NCBI GenBank assembly: GCA_965644295.1
Contig: CBFFRP010000214.1
Location: 26,944-90,943 of the forward strand
Source of the DNA: Paraphysomonas bandaiensis
Taxonomy: Eukaryota > Protista > Chrysophyceae
Length of the DNA: 64,000 nucleotides
Direction of reading: 5' to 3'
In this document: positions 34,122-47,825 of the stretch, in pieces
Numbering within the stretch: position 1 is the first letter of the stretch
Layout of the letters: each line of letters opens with the position of its first letter
Translations under genes and position numbers: made by a program
The notes under the pieces: generated by a model
What the model was told of the DNA's origin: nothing
The model's database searches: none
Seen by the model: the letters and a program-made list of their open reading frames with translations, nothing else

Positions 34122-34627
34122 AACTTAAACAGAGGTATAGATGGTAAAAGTGTAAAAGTTAGTCGTCTAGGCACAACTTCTATGACTACAACTATTCCGT
34201 GTTCAATGATTTCCTACCCAGTTCACAGAGCTCTGACTTTTCTTAATAAGGCCTAACCTATTTAGCCAAATGATCACCAATCTACAATAAAGATCTATCC
34301 TGCACCCTGCACCAATTATGTACATCTTCCGAAATAATACTTTTAAGTGCAAAACACATTCTTGAACGAGCCCGTAGAGCGTTTAAGAGTACATACTTAT
34401 CAACCATGAAAACTCAACTGACCATATCAACTGACACATAGTCAATTTTTCTTACCAACATTTCTAGATACGAATTTCCAACCAACTCTTTTTCATCTAT
34501 TCCTAACAAAACAATTCTGAACTGAAACGAAACGCATAAACGGCCAGTTAGTAGTAGCACTACAGTATACGAAAAAGTAGTCCTCAGACCTATGACGAAT
34601 GTCGATAACACTTATTAACCTATTAAG

Positions 34628-35287
34628 TTAATAGAAGCCTTCTTCAGTAGCGACATGGCTGAATTTGCATGCATCTCCACGATCACACTCTCCCCGCTGA
34701 AAAGCATAGCAAGCGCCTCGCGAGCTGCCCTTTCCCGCACTTTCAGGAACTTCCCCAAATTCATGGATGAAGCGACAAGAATCACCCCGATCACACTCTC
34801 CTCGCTGATACGCATAGCAGATACCAGCAGATTTACGAGGCGCACCATAGCTGCTGTCAGCGTTAATTACATCTTCACTGTGGCTGAACTTGCAGGATGT
34901 TCCGCGATCACACTCGCCTCTCTGAAAAGCATAACACGGCCCTCTAGATCGCGAACTATAGCTTCCTCCGAATCCACTTCCCCCTTCATGACTGAAACGG
35001 CAAGAGTCTCCTCTCGTGCACTCTCCCCTCTGGAATGCATAACACGCGCCTGCGCTTCCTCTGTTTCGTGAATATCCGGAGAATCCATTGCCTTCACCCC
35101 CCCCCTCTTCATGACTAAATCTGCAGCTGTCACCACGATCGCATTCACCTCTCTGGAAGGCGTAACAGACACCGCGACTTCCTCCGCGACGACCAAATCC
35201 GCCAGAGGCCTCGGCATCGTGTGAAAATCGGCATGAGCTTCCGCGCTCACACTCACCCCTTTGATAAGCATAACACACACCTGACAT
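34628..35287 (-). CDS. RNA-binding protein with six CCCH zinc fingers and Gly/Arg-rich linkers
   Basis: Six repeats of CYA(F/Y)QRGEC.RG..C(R/K)F(S/I)H (C-x7-C-x5-C-x3-H). Confidence 0.92.
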   Translation of the reverse strand: MSGVCYAYQRGECERGSSCRFSHDAEASGGFGRRGGSRGVCYAFQRGECDRGDSCRFSHEEGGGEGNGFSGYSRNRGSAGACYAFQRGECTRGDSCRFSHEGGSGFGGSYSSRSRGPCYAFQRGECDRGTSCKFSHSEDVINADSSYGAPRKSAGICYAYQRGECDRGDSCRFIHEFGEVPESAGKGSSRGACYAFQRGECDRGDACKFSHVATEEGFY

Positions 35288-35748
35288 TATCTCAAGAAGT
35301 AATCAGTCAATTGTTTCGTCTACATATACTACTGGAGAATTACTCTAACATTGTGCTGAGACAACACATCCATCTCTTCGTATAGAGGCAGTATATCCGT
35401 GTATCTATCTGTGTATCTATCAGTCATCATCAGAACGAAGATTGCTCTTTGTAACTTCAAACAAACGATTGGAGAAGGTCTAAATCTTCAAACGACACGT
35501 ATATACAGATTTCAGTTTTCGTTGAAGTGAATATATGATACATGGTGTGATTCCAATAAAAAAAGTCTACGACAATGAAAACTCCATTTTTGTGGACATC
35601 CATCTGCATCTGCATGCATACAAAGAATGAGGGTTTAAAAAGCTCAATCCGACTTCCGCTCTATGTTACACACATATATACAGCAGCACCAGTAGATACA
35701 CATACAGCAGACACCTCACTCGCAATTACTTATTCGCCCTATATCGTT

Positions 35749-38567
35749 ATGGCGATTTCCCAGGCGTCAACTACCATCATACTCTTCGTGGTGACGGTGT
35801 TTGCTGCATGCCTCAATGAGTTGGACTGTAGAAGTGCGCCGCCGTTAAGAGGTGCACTAGCGCTCCAATCATATGCTCTTCGCAGTAGCAGTAGAAACGT
35901 GAATGTGTTTGAGGAATCGACCACTCCGACAATAGAGGATCGCGATGAAAATGATGAGCTCTATGACGCCTACAGCAGCCTTCACTCTCTCTCGAAGGTG
36001 AGGTCGATCGATATATTTGTTACACCAGCTGAGTTTAATCACTACATGCGTAGAACTTCAACAAACCTTTCGATTGTCCAGCTGTATTAGTTGTTGGACA
36101 TCAATCAAGTGGGAAAAGCGCGCTGATTGAAGCACTCATGGGGTTTCAATTCAACCAGGTGGGGGGGGGCACGAAAACTAGGCGCCCTGTGGCCCTTCGG
36201 ATGCAATATAACCCAGATTGCCACCAACCGAGGTGTCATGTTACAACTGAAAGTGGCGAGGAAAAACAACTGTCGATATCCGAGATTCAGGAGTACATCG
36301 AGACTGAGAATCAGCGTATCGAGAGGGACTCGACACGACATTTCGACCCAAAAGAGATTGCCATCCGCGTGGAATACAGAGGGTGCCCCGATCTGTTAGT
36401 AATAGATACCCCCGGTCTCCTACATGCGCCTCGCGGTGGGAGGGAAGCAAAAGGAGCAGAGGGTCTTCAAGGAGAACAACGAGCTCTGGCAGAGGCGGCG
36501 AAGGAAGCGGAGGACCTTGTTGGAAGCATGATGAGGTGTAAAGACTATATTATTCTCTGCATTGAGGATACGTCGGACTGGAAGCACACGACAACCAGAA
36601 ATATTGTAATGCAGGAGGATCCGAAATTAACCAGAACAGTTCTTGTTTCTACAAAACTGGATACGAAAATACCACAATTCTCAGAGGATAATGACTTAGC
36701 AGGATTCTTGAGGTACTCTCACGCTGTTAGCCTGTCCCACAGTTAATTTGACATCCGTGTAGGGCGTCGATGATAAATAGACTATTCCCACAACTGTTGG
36801 GAGGCCCTTTCTTTACAAGTGTTCCTAGTGGTCGCGTGGGACAGACTAAGGTACATCATCGGGTGTTGGTTGTATTTCACTGGTGTAATACAATGTTTGC
36901 TGTAGGACTTTGAAACAGACGAGGCATTTGCTGCAGCCGTAGAGGCCCTTGAGTTAGAGGATTGCGATCGAGTGCTCTCTCGGGGTGCAGATCCCGGTCT
37001 ACGGTCTCGCATAGGGGTCACATCTCTCCGGGTTTTCCTGGAGAAACGCATACACGATGCCTATAGACGAAACGCACGCCGACTCCTTCCTGTTCTTCGA
37101 AGAGAGAGTGAAAGGGTGAAACAGGCCTTGACCACGGTTGACTCTGAGCTGGAGGATCTTTCAAGTAATAGAATCGAGGCCTTGATGTCAGAATACAGAG
37201 AGTGCTTTGTTCGCTGTCTACTAGAGGTGGTTCGAGGGTCGGCTCGAATTTCAGCTGAGGAATGGGGGGAGACCCTAGATGTGGAGCAAGCCGCGACTGG
37301 GGGATATGGTAGAGGTGTCGGTAGGGCAATGGTAGGTCATGTGGCACAAAGGCTGTTCGGAGGGGCCCAGTACCACAGAGCTGTCAGGGAATTTGCTGCT
37401 GCTGTTCGAAGTATGGGTCCACTGGAGATATCGGAGGAAGAGATTGCAAATGCAGCCGGCGTAGGTGAGGTGCACGACGGGGCGGACTACGCACGGACGG
37501 CTTGCGTTATTGCTCTCGAGAAGGCTCGAGAGGCTTTCGATCCAATGCTAGATACGTTGCGACTGAGATGTGCCCATATCATCAAGCGCTTGTTTCCTCT
37601 CGTGATTTCGTTGGTTGAAAAACGATGTGAGCGTGCAACCGCCAGTGCTAAACAAGAGGTGTTTATCTCATGCCGGAATACTCTGAAGCACATATTTGAA
37701 AGGTTTATTGATGATCTGGTGGAGTCGAGTACGGAGAAGTGTAGGGATGACTTACTGGCGATGACTCGTTTTGTGACATGGGAGCTGGGAAGAGGTGATA
37801 CGCAGCAGTTCTATTCTGGTGTCGCCGGGCAGAGAGAGGTTGGCGATGTTGGAGCCGATGTTGAAATGGTGATGGATAGTAGTATGCCATCTATAACTGC
37901 GAAACATATGGGCTCTTACTTCTCTTCTGTGCTATCTTCTACACAACATTCTGAAATTAATAACCCTTATTCGGTATTATGGATAGTTGTGTCTGTTTTA
38001 TGCAATGTAATACATTGATTAGGTTTTGGTAGACGAATATAACGACTCCCGAATCACGAACGGTCAATATTTCACGCGACAAGGTGATCGCACAAACTCT
38101 GTAGTTTCGGCTCTTGCAGAACGTATTATGGCATCTCTTAGGGAGCACTTTATCAAGAACGTTATCATGAAATTTAACTGCTTCTTTCTTCTACCCCTCT
38201 TTTCAGAGTTTTCAAGTCAGTTGTGTAGCGAATTTGACGACTCCCGCCGTGAAATGAGCCCTAATATGCACAATATGAGGCAAATCCGTGATACTCTTGG
38301 AAAGAGAAGAGGCGAACTAGCCGATGAATATGAGGCCACTGTGAGACTATATGAGAGGTGGTAGTGTAAATTTTAAATTGTCACAGTGTTTTTTAAAGCT
38401 TCACCAGGTTTGAAATGATCAGTGATAAGCTGTTTAGTTCCCGCAGTACGGATGACAGCGGAAGTAGTGGAAAACGTGGCGTAAACGAAGCGAACCCTCC
38501 ATATATAGATAATCTTTCGGAGAGTAGGCCAAAATTTCGACCCAAAATATTACGATCAAGCAAGTAA
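35749..38567 (+). CDS. ARC5: Plastid-division dynamin-related protein ARC5/DRP5B; 6 exons
   Basis: VVGHQSSGKSALIEALMGFQFNQVGGGTKTRRPVALRMQYN, IDTPGL, TKLDTKIPQF, PFFTSVPSGRVG, LFGGAQYHRA, KFNCFFL; introns 35998-36053, 36713-36762, 36851-36905, 37974-38022 and 38358-38407. Confidence 0.92.
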
Positions 38568-38758
38568 TGTGTGTAGTTGTATTTTGTTGTGAATTAGTGT
38601 TTCTGATTGTGTTCCGTTGGCATTCTCTGCTTTCAGCATGTGACGCCGTAATATATATATTATATATGTGGCAGTTTGTGTGAATACTTTTTCATTATGT
38701 GGACACAAATGCTGTACAGAGTTGTAACAGTAAATAGTCCCAACTTGATTATTTCTAT

Positions 38759-40287
38759 CAGGGCCTGGTAACCGTTAATGGTAATGCCATTATAATTGCC
38801 GGGAACTGCACTAATGATATGTACTGCTATATATAGACCTGAGTGTTTCTAAGATAATACAGTATCTCCTCTACACTCCAAAGAAAAGACAGCAATGTTC
38901 ATGTGCTACTCTACAGGTACTTTGTGACAACCTTCTTCACCACCTTCTCAATACATTCTAGAGTTAGAGAATAGTGTCCTGAGAAATATCTAGATATGCA
39001 TAGCAATGTAGCCATATATACCCAAAAACTCTAAAAAATCATTTAACATAATATGCATATATATTTGAACCTAGAAAACTTTCCTAAAACATGCACAGCG
39101 TGTTCTATGTCACCAAGAGAGGTCGACTTGGTACCTATGAGTCCAACTACCAGGGCTGCGTATCAATTAATTGATTCGCAATTAAATGCAATTACTTGTC
39201 AATTATTGAAATTGGGACATCGATTCATAATTGCAATTATAATTGACTCCAGCTAGCTTCAATTAATTATTGTTACTAAGAAAAACATCTTTTATGCTAA
39301 AAAGTTGTTAAAAAACGGCATTTTTATTGAAAAATGCACCCGATTGTTGAGCGTCATCTGGGCGACAGTGCTGCTATTGTTCATAACACTGCTTTCGAAA
39401 AGGCAGTCGTGAGGATTCAATGTGGCAACGAAGCCGAAACTCAGACGGCAAAGGATCAAACTAAAATATTTTTGCTCTCGATGAGGAAGAAGAAGATTAT
39501 GACGGTGCGAGTCTAGTTCCGAATGACGACGGAGCGCAAAGTTTGATTGATGGTAGCAGGTAACGGAAGCGAGCAAGACTTAAACACTTGCATCTCACAA
39601 CTAATAAGGTTGAAAGGTTGTTCAGTAGTAGAGCTACGATCGTTATGGCGGGCTTGCTCAAGAGCTTGACTCCTCAAATTTAAGAGCAAATTATTTTCTT
39701 ACGCATGAATCGTTGCATCTAGAATAATGAAATGACAGTTGAGGTAGCTATATTGGCAGCTAGTGTATTTTAGTACTAAATAATTACAATTAATTTCAGT
39801 TAATTGCAATGATTGAAATTGAGACAGCAAATAATAATTGCAATTATATTTGACTACAACCTCTGTCAATTAATTGCCAATTAATTGATACACAGCCCTG
39901 CCAACTACCGCTGCTTGCTTCATATTGAAGCACAATCTAATGATGTTGAGAGGCTCTGTAGTCGTGCAAAGTTGATGATCACACCTGAACGTAGAAACAT
40001 GAATCCATATCGTCTAGAATCGTTGCTATTCCTACGAGCCAATTACATGTTGTGGGATGCTTTTACCCTCCATGAAGCCCTGCAAAAAGATCCTGATGTG
40101 CCAGTGGAGAGTTACGATTCGTAGTCTGCTATTTAAAGTTCGTAATTAAGGGGGCACTATACTACTATCTATTATGAGCGGTATTATCTACTTTAAGTTA
40201 GTAGGTATTAATGGCCATTAATGGCCATTATAATTGCCGGGAACAGGACTACCATTTTAATGGGCCATTAAAGGTTACCAGGCCTAG
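38759..40287 (+). mobile_element. Internally deleted hAT family C element
   Basis: TIRs at both ends; transposase C-terminus nearly identical to 31704-31907; degenerate TSD ATTTCTAT/ATTTATAA. Confidence 0.85.
39151..39900 (+). mobile_element. hAT family D element nested in family C
   Basis: TIRs CAGGGCTG(C/T)GTATCAATTAATT; perfect TSD CCAACTAC; own transposase remnant (HLGDSAAIVHNTAFEKAVVRIQ, TNKVERLFS). Confidence 0.9.
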
Positions 40288-41626
40288 ATTTATAATATGT
40301 AATTAGTTTGACTTGTGTGCAACTACAAGAAGCGACCATTGTTCGCGTATATATTAGTTAGCGTCTCTTTCATTATGCCAGAAAGCCTAAGTCAGTTGAA
40401 CTGAATGAGAACTAATATGGATACTACAATACAATATAATATATATATTATGTCATATATTGGTGATCGTGCTTAAGTTGTATATTTAAATCTTAAGTGG
40501 CTAGAAACAATGTAGCTACGAGTAGGGCAATGTCTGCTGGCAACTACACTTATTTCGCTCATCATGATGATCAATAGGTTGACAGTGGTAGTATGAGGTC
40601 AGATAACGTGGTTGCTGGTAAAAGCAAAAACACGCTTCTGTTACATCCTACTATGAGACTAAAAATTATAATAAAATTAATATTTTTTGTTGTCTCTAAC
40701 AACCCTAATACCACAAAATTTGTAGTTTCTTTAACATTTCTACTTAAATGCTGTAAATACTCCTAAATTTCCCAAAATATCGTAAAGTTTCCACGTTTGC
40801 ATAATGTTTACTTATTATACTATATAATACTATATACTACTAGCTATTTCACATTAATTATGATAGCTACTAGATAGTAATACTTCAATATAATATAATA
40901 TTATACATTGCCACCAAAAATAAAAAATAACATAATAATTTTCAAGACCAATAATAATTACTAAATATTATGTTGCAATATATATTTCAATAATATATTG
41001 ATATATATTGGGCGCTAAGAAGAGAAATTAGCTTGTTCGGTAGTAACTAGTTCGTAGAGGTTGCAACATAATGATGAATATCCAATAACAATGATGAATT
41101 CCAGTATAATAATAATCAGAGGAATGATTTGATGAAAACACATCGTGAGCAAAGATGGAGAATCAATCCACTGGAACTATACTGTCAAAATATAATAATA
41201 ACAAACGGTTTCTTCGCCTGTCCACAAATTAATTCTACATATAATAAATGTGATTATTAAACTCCTTTCAAACTACAGTCACTATCTTTATGAACTCAAG
41301 CTTTGGGCTCAGGCATTTTTTAGTCATATTATTAGAATACTGCACTATATTATATTGTAATATTTACTTATACTATATTATAATATTATATATATTTCCA
41401 TCATGAATGATTGAGATATATATACTTCTCAATTAAGCTGTTTTTCTGGAACCCGGTTGTAATCCGTCTTTCAGTTTCTTAGTAAACACATTTGAACACA
41501 TACATGTTAGTTATCCTATAGTAATTTTAAACCTTCTTTAACCAGCTACATGTATTTAGTTTGTACCGCTTATGATTATGTTATCATATTGTAATAACTA
41601 ATATAATTGAAGCAACTATAGTCAAT

Positions 41627-42406
41627 TATTATTACATTGTAGTAGGCAGTGTTGACTCTTCAGCTGTCTGACAATGTATAACTAAATATGGTTGAGATTT
41701 TCATCAGGAATAATTTTCTCCGGCACAATGTATTTATGCTGATCTCAGCTGGAGTATGGTTATGATAGCAAATATAGCACTTTATATATTAGTTTCTAAC
41801 ATCAAAATTATTCTACACACTATATCTCTTATAAGTACAATGTTTGTACATTGCATTCCTGTAAATACAGGCTAAGTACTGGTGATGAACAATGATACAC
41901 TACTTGTCAAGGCTGCGTGTTACGTATGAGAAAATTTACACGATTTGTCTTTGCAACCTCCCTCTTGCATCATTTCTCTAAAACATGGAGCAGATTTCTG
42001 TCCCAATTTCTATTATTAATAATTAATTGATACAGAAATCTGCTCCATGTTTTAGAGAAATGATGCAAGAGGGAGGTTGCAAAGACAAATCGTGTAAATT
42101 TTCTCATACGTAACACGCAGCCTTGACAAGTAGTGTATCATTGTTCATCACCAGTACTTAGCCTGTATTTACAGGGATGCAATGTACAAACATTGTACTT
42201 ATAAGAGATATAGTGTGTAGAATAATTTTGATGTTAGAAACTAATATATAAAGTGCTATATTTGCTATCATAACCATACTCCAGCTGAGATCAGCATAAA
42301 TACATTGTGCCGGAGAAAATTATTCCTGATGAAAATCTCAACCATATTTAGTTATACATTGTCAGACAGCTGAAGAGTCAACACTGCCTACTACAATGTA
42401 ATAATA
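41627..42406. repeat. Near-perfect palindrome: 375-bp arms, 30-bp spacer
   Basis: Arms 41627-42001 and 42032-42406; one mismatch seen (41857/42176). Confidence 0.95.
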
Positions 42407-42682
42407 GAAGTCAGACAAACGTGGATTCAACAGTTAGTAAAACACTAGTGGCTTGAAAATAGGCTGTACAGCAATTCAGAAAAACAGTCTACACGTATGT
42501 AACAGACTGAGGTACAATATGACAGACCATATAATCAGTTACTTATGTAAAAATTGCAAGTACAGATCTGAAACAAACTGATAATGACCAACGCATTAGC
42601 AAACAACCATTATGTATCCTTTCCAAGATTTATTGAATAATCGTACACCACAAGGTGGAATTAGAAAGCAAAAACAAAATCA

Positions 42683-43069
42683 CTATTTTCCGCCCCCTTC
42701 TTGCTCCATCCACTGATTTATCTCAACCCGTAAATCCTCTAATGCCAAAAGAAATTTGCTATACTCCTTTTTCACTTGCACCAGGGGTTCTTCGTCGGTA
42801 GGGTTATTTAAGCCTTCGAGGCCCAGCTGTTGAATATTATAAGAAGATATACGCAGCGCTTCGCAGCCCAAATAAGTTGCACTCCCCTTAATGCGGTGAG
42901 CAGCTTTCATAATCTGATCGTGGTTTTGAGCCTGAATACCTTTCGCAATATCTTCTTCTGCAGTTTTGGCTTCGTCTAACAAATCCTGGAGAACCTCTGA
43001 CAAGAATTCCTTGTCGCCCCCAACCTGGTTCATAGCCTCAGGCCAGTCAAGAACAACTGGCTTTTCCAT
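42683..43069 (-). CDS. Histidine phosphotransfer (HPt) protein, Ypd1/AHP-like
   Basis: LDWPEAMNQVGGDKEFL..VLQD and AAHRIKGSATYLG (phospho-His motif). Confidence 0.92.
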   Translation of the reverse strand: MEKPVVLDWPEAMNQVGGDKEFLSEVLQDLLDEAKTAEEDIAKGIQAQNHDQIMKAAHRIKGSATYLGCEALRISSYNIQQLGLEGLNNPTDEEPLVQVKKEYSKFLLALEDLRVEINQWMEQEGGGK

Positions 43070-43597
43070 TTACGGAATAATAATGGAGCCTTAATTCACA
43101 CGGTCTTTCTGGACGACTCAGTCAGGAAATATAATTCACACTCAGTCAGAGAAGACCGACACGAACAGTTTTAATCCGAACTTACAGCACCAAACAGGGC
43201 AAGTATACAGACAGTATACCAGTGTATATATTCAATGTGGCGATAGGTTCCTCTTCCTCGACATTTTTTTTTTAAATACCCTAAAAATTGCCCTAATACC
43301 ATGGAATACATGGCACCGTATACCGTATACCACTGTCGGTCAAAACTATGTCGTTCCCTTTTTTTCAGTTTCTCTATTCAGTTTGTATTTATTATGATCT
43401 TGTCACTCCGTGTCTCCACTGATACAAAACCATCCACACCTATCAGCATTTCCTCGTGTTTATCTTGCTCTGCTCTTCCAAATTATCAAAATTGTTGTGG
43501 GGTTTGAGCTATAAATGCTGCTCCGTTTTTGTCCCTCACATTTCACCTCTCCAGCAACTGATATTCCACGATCCCAACCAACAGAGACAGACTTTAA

Positions 43598-46500
43598 GTG
43601 ATGGCGATGCTGTGAATGATGGGTGTTGTGAAAGTGGCGATATCTTACATCTGCTTGTCACCTCCCGTATGCTTCGTTGTTGTGAATGTCACACTTATAG
43701 ATCTCTCTGTCATATGTGTACAGCACATATACACGTCTTAATTACATATACATTGCACAAACGCATATATATGTGTGTTATATATGTACTGCGTACACAT
43801 ATATGTGCGAATTATATGTATATGTCACTTATATAAGTCTCTGTTACATACGTGCTGCCCATATATATAAGTGTGTGTCTCTGTCACAAATGTACTGCAT
43901 ATATATATATGTGCCCATATGAATACTTCACACAAATACACGTCTGTGACACATACAGTATATACTTCAAACATCTATGTATGTATGTCATATATAAACT
44001 GCAAGCTTATATATATATGTCTCTGTTCCATATTATGTTGTGCGATATGTAGATATGTCATGTCTATGTTGTTATATGTATACTGCACACATAAAGTGTA
44101 TATCAGGGCTAGGGAACAATATATTGCAATACTATTGTGACGTATTGTCCCGCCAATACCTAGTTCAATTGTGTTTTAAGAGTCTATTGATACTATTACA
44201 ATGTATTGCAATATACATATTACAATATATTGCAATAACATTAGTATATATATAAGTAGTCCATAGCTAATTAGTTACGTTCACTTCATTTCTAGTACTG
44301 TGTTTTAAGAGTGCATGAGCATATCTCAAACTGTAATGCCTAACACCATTCAAATACTCGCATTAACGCCATATTCACAATCTATGTCTTCAATTCACTA
44401 CTATTTGAAAGATGTGCTCTCGAAAATAGAATCACATGAAGTGTATCGGGATAAGTGAGCAATGAGCACTGACTAATCTTTCAAGCGTATTTGACGTGCA
44501 GGCGTCATGACTAGTATAGTGTCTCTACATCATTTGTAAAGCGTTGTAATGTTGTTTTGGATGCAGTTTGTGAGCATAGTTAAAGGTATAGGGTTCTATG
44601 TAGCGGTCAACTAGACGATATTCCACAGTGACATAAAGTTGATCACTTTTGGATTGAAATCATGTAGGTGGTGCATCAATTCTTGGACCTCTGTACTAGA
44701 AACAGCAAAACATCTCTACCAAGATGACGGATCTTCAAAGGTGACGAATATTGTTTGTAGTGTACTGGGCTTGTATGTATTTTGCAGAACTTTTATTACT
44801 TGACCGAAGTGTACACGATAAACGCATAACTCTCATACCGAATTTAGAGATTTTGCATCACTATTCTCTCGTAGCTTGATGAAATCGTCCGGAGAGAGAA
44901 ATAGAAGAGCCTTGCTCATAGATACCTTGATGTCTCAACTTTTCGCTTCTTCTGTTTCTGGGAGGACTGTATCAACCTTTCTGTGTCCAGCTCAGAATTT
45001 TTCATATTTAATATTATTCTAACTCGCAAGAATTATATGCATGTTATTGATTAAAAAGACCATAGATCTAATTAAGACTACATTTTTGTAATGTAATATC
45101 ATTGATGTTGACGATATTATTGATACTACTCATCGAATGAAAGAGATGAGTTTTGCTGTTCGTAAGCATGTAGAACCTGTATTTCAAAGGTATCTGAGTT
45201 ATGGCTGTTACGTGAAGAATGTAGTAGTGAATACAGTATTACTTGCACTAAAGATAGAATGAGAATTAAAGCAGTGAACCTGAAATACTTTGACTGTATA
45301 AAAGATCGTGGCTATCTAAGATCTGATAGTATTATTTGGTAGTTGAGAGAATATAATTGTAACGAATATCAACGAATAATGAGATATGTTAATTACAATT
45401 TTATTAATTTATTACTGTGTGACTTCAAGTAGTATAGTTAATTAAGGTATTTCACCAAGAGTTAATAGAAAGTAGGAATTACGAATTACTATAGAGCAGT
45501 ACAGACGTACAGACTCAACTATTGCGTACCATATACTGCAGCCTACCCTCCATGAATAACCGTAACTGCCCAACATGTAAGTTAGAACTATATTAAATAT
45601 AAAAATTCTGAGTTGGACAAAGGTTGATGCAGTCCTTCCAGAAAGTGAAGAGGCAAAACGTTAGACATCAAGGTACAGGTATACTAGTCATGTTGTCTGA
45701 ACGTCAAATAAACGTGAAAGATTAGTCAGTGCAGCTAAAAATATTATATCCGTCCTGCGCAAAAGTACTCATTGCTCACTCATCCCGATACACTTCATGT
45801 GATTCTATTTTCGAGAGCAAATTGGCACTTGTGGCCTGATGCACACATCTTTCAAATAGTAGTGAATTGAAGACATAGATTGTGAATATGGCGTTAATGC
45901 GAGTATTTGAATGGTGTTAGGCATTACAGTTTGTGATATGCTCATGCACTCTTAAAACACAGTACTAGAAATGAAGTGAACGTAACTAATTAGCTATGGA
46001 CTACTTATATATATACTAATGTTATTGCAATATATTGTAATATGTATATTGCAATACATTGTAATAGTATCAATAGACTCTTAAAACACAATTGAACTAG
46101 GTATTGGCGGGACAATACGTCACAATAGTATTGCAATATATTGTTCCCTAGCCCTGATATACACTTTATGTGTGCAGTATACATATAACAACATAGACAT
46201 GACATATCTACATATCGCACAACATAATATGGAACAGAGACATATATATATAAGCTTGCAGTTTATATATGACATACATACATAGATGTTTGAAGTATAT
46301 ACTGTATGTGTCACAGACGTGTATTTGTGTGAAGTATTCATATGGGCACATATATATATATGCAGTACATTTGTGACAGAGACACACACTTATATATATG
46401 GGCAGCACGTATGTAACAGAGACTTATATAAGTGACATATACATATAATTCGCACATATATGAGTACGCAGTACATATATAACACACATATATAATATAC

Positions 46501-46692
46501 GTTTGTGCAATGTATATGTATGTAATTAAGACGTGTATATATGTGCAGTACACATAATATGACAGAGAGATCTATAAGTGTGACATTCACAACAACGAAG
46601 CATACGGGGGGTGACAAGCAGATGTAAGATATCGCCACTTTCACAGCACCCATCATTCACAGCATCGCCATCACAGCATCGCGAAAGTAGTG
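43598..46692. repeat. Large inverted repeat: CACTA-like end plus hAT family B ends on both arms
   Basis: Arms about 43598-44518 and 45680-46674; hAT TIR at 44104 and 46156; rc CACTACTTTCGC terminus at 46692 with GATGCTGTGA subterminal repeats. Confidence 0.9.
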
Positions 46693-47069
46693 TGGTGAAC
46701 TGCATTTGATTCTCCTGTTTTGTCTATATACTGGTAGATCGATTAGTTTTCGATGCATGTGTGTTTATGCGTTGAATGATTTGTGGAAGCTGTAAATAAT
46801 GAGATGATATATTAACCCATTACCCATTTATGTATGATGGTCATGATATATATTGGTGCCATAGATATTGAAATTGGAGTAACTCTATCATGAGGTTATA
46901 GGGGAAATAAAAACTGCCGAGATGATTACACTGATAAGTAGTATTCAAAACTACTTAGGTGCGAAAGAAAATTATGAAAACAAATAATATTGATGCAGGA
47001 GTAGTCATTTAAGTACCACATCGTACCCCTTGTTAATGTCGAAACAACATTATTTGGCTTCACTTGTAT

Positions 47070-47825
47070 CAGGGCTAGGAAACAATATATTACAATACTA
47101 TTGTTAGATAGCGTTCCATCAATACTATTGATGGAGATTTTAAACAGGCCCAACAATACAATTACTATATTATAATATTGTCAATAGATAGCAATAATAT
47201 AATATTAGTATATGACTAATCAGCAAGTCAACACAACATCCGTAGATTCCATTATTTTTAGTGTTAGTCATTAAGATCACATGATAAACAAAATTAACTA
47301 CTGCTTCTAACTAATGAAAATCCACCTCATCCTCTGAGCCATCATCGGTGATGTCAACATCACCATAATATTCATCCACAGAATTAATTGAAATATGCTA
47401 GTATATTAGCTTTCAGAAACAACAGCATATATATTAAGTAGGATGCATACTTTTGCTCCGCACTGATAGAATATGTTTACCTGCGCTGAACGTGATGTAT
47501 TGAAAGTACATACTTCATGACTCGTGCACCTGTAATTAGATATATGTCAACTTTCCGTTTCTTAATTTTTTGAGCTGACTGACGAATTTTTCCCGCATAT
47601 AGCCAACATCAGCTTCACCATCCTGTGTATTGTTGCTATCACTGTCTGAACAGAGATATATTCTAACAGCATCTTTATCAGATCAAATTCTTTGCCTACT
47701 TAGATAGCCTATCATAATATTGATTACCAATATATTGCAATATACTGTGAGCTACTTTAACAGAAATAATATTGATGGAAATTTTGGCCGGTCTACCAAT
47801 CAATATATTGTTTCCTAAAGCCCTA
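47070..47825. mobile_element. hAT family B deletion derivative
   Basis: TIRs at both ends (right one degenerate); perfect TSD ACTTGTAT. Confidence 0.85.

Noticed and set aside
34655-35280. Alternate-frame ORFs over the CCCH gene
   Set aside because: By-products of the repeated zinc-finger codons.
43716-46656. Duplicated Cys/Tyr/Ile-rich ORFs on both strands
   Set aside because: Low-complexity TA/TG-rich sequence mirrored by the inverted repeat.
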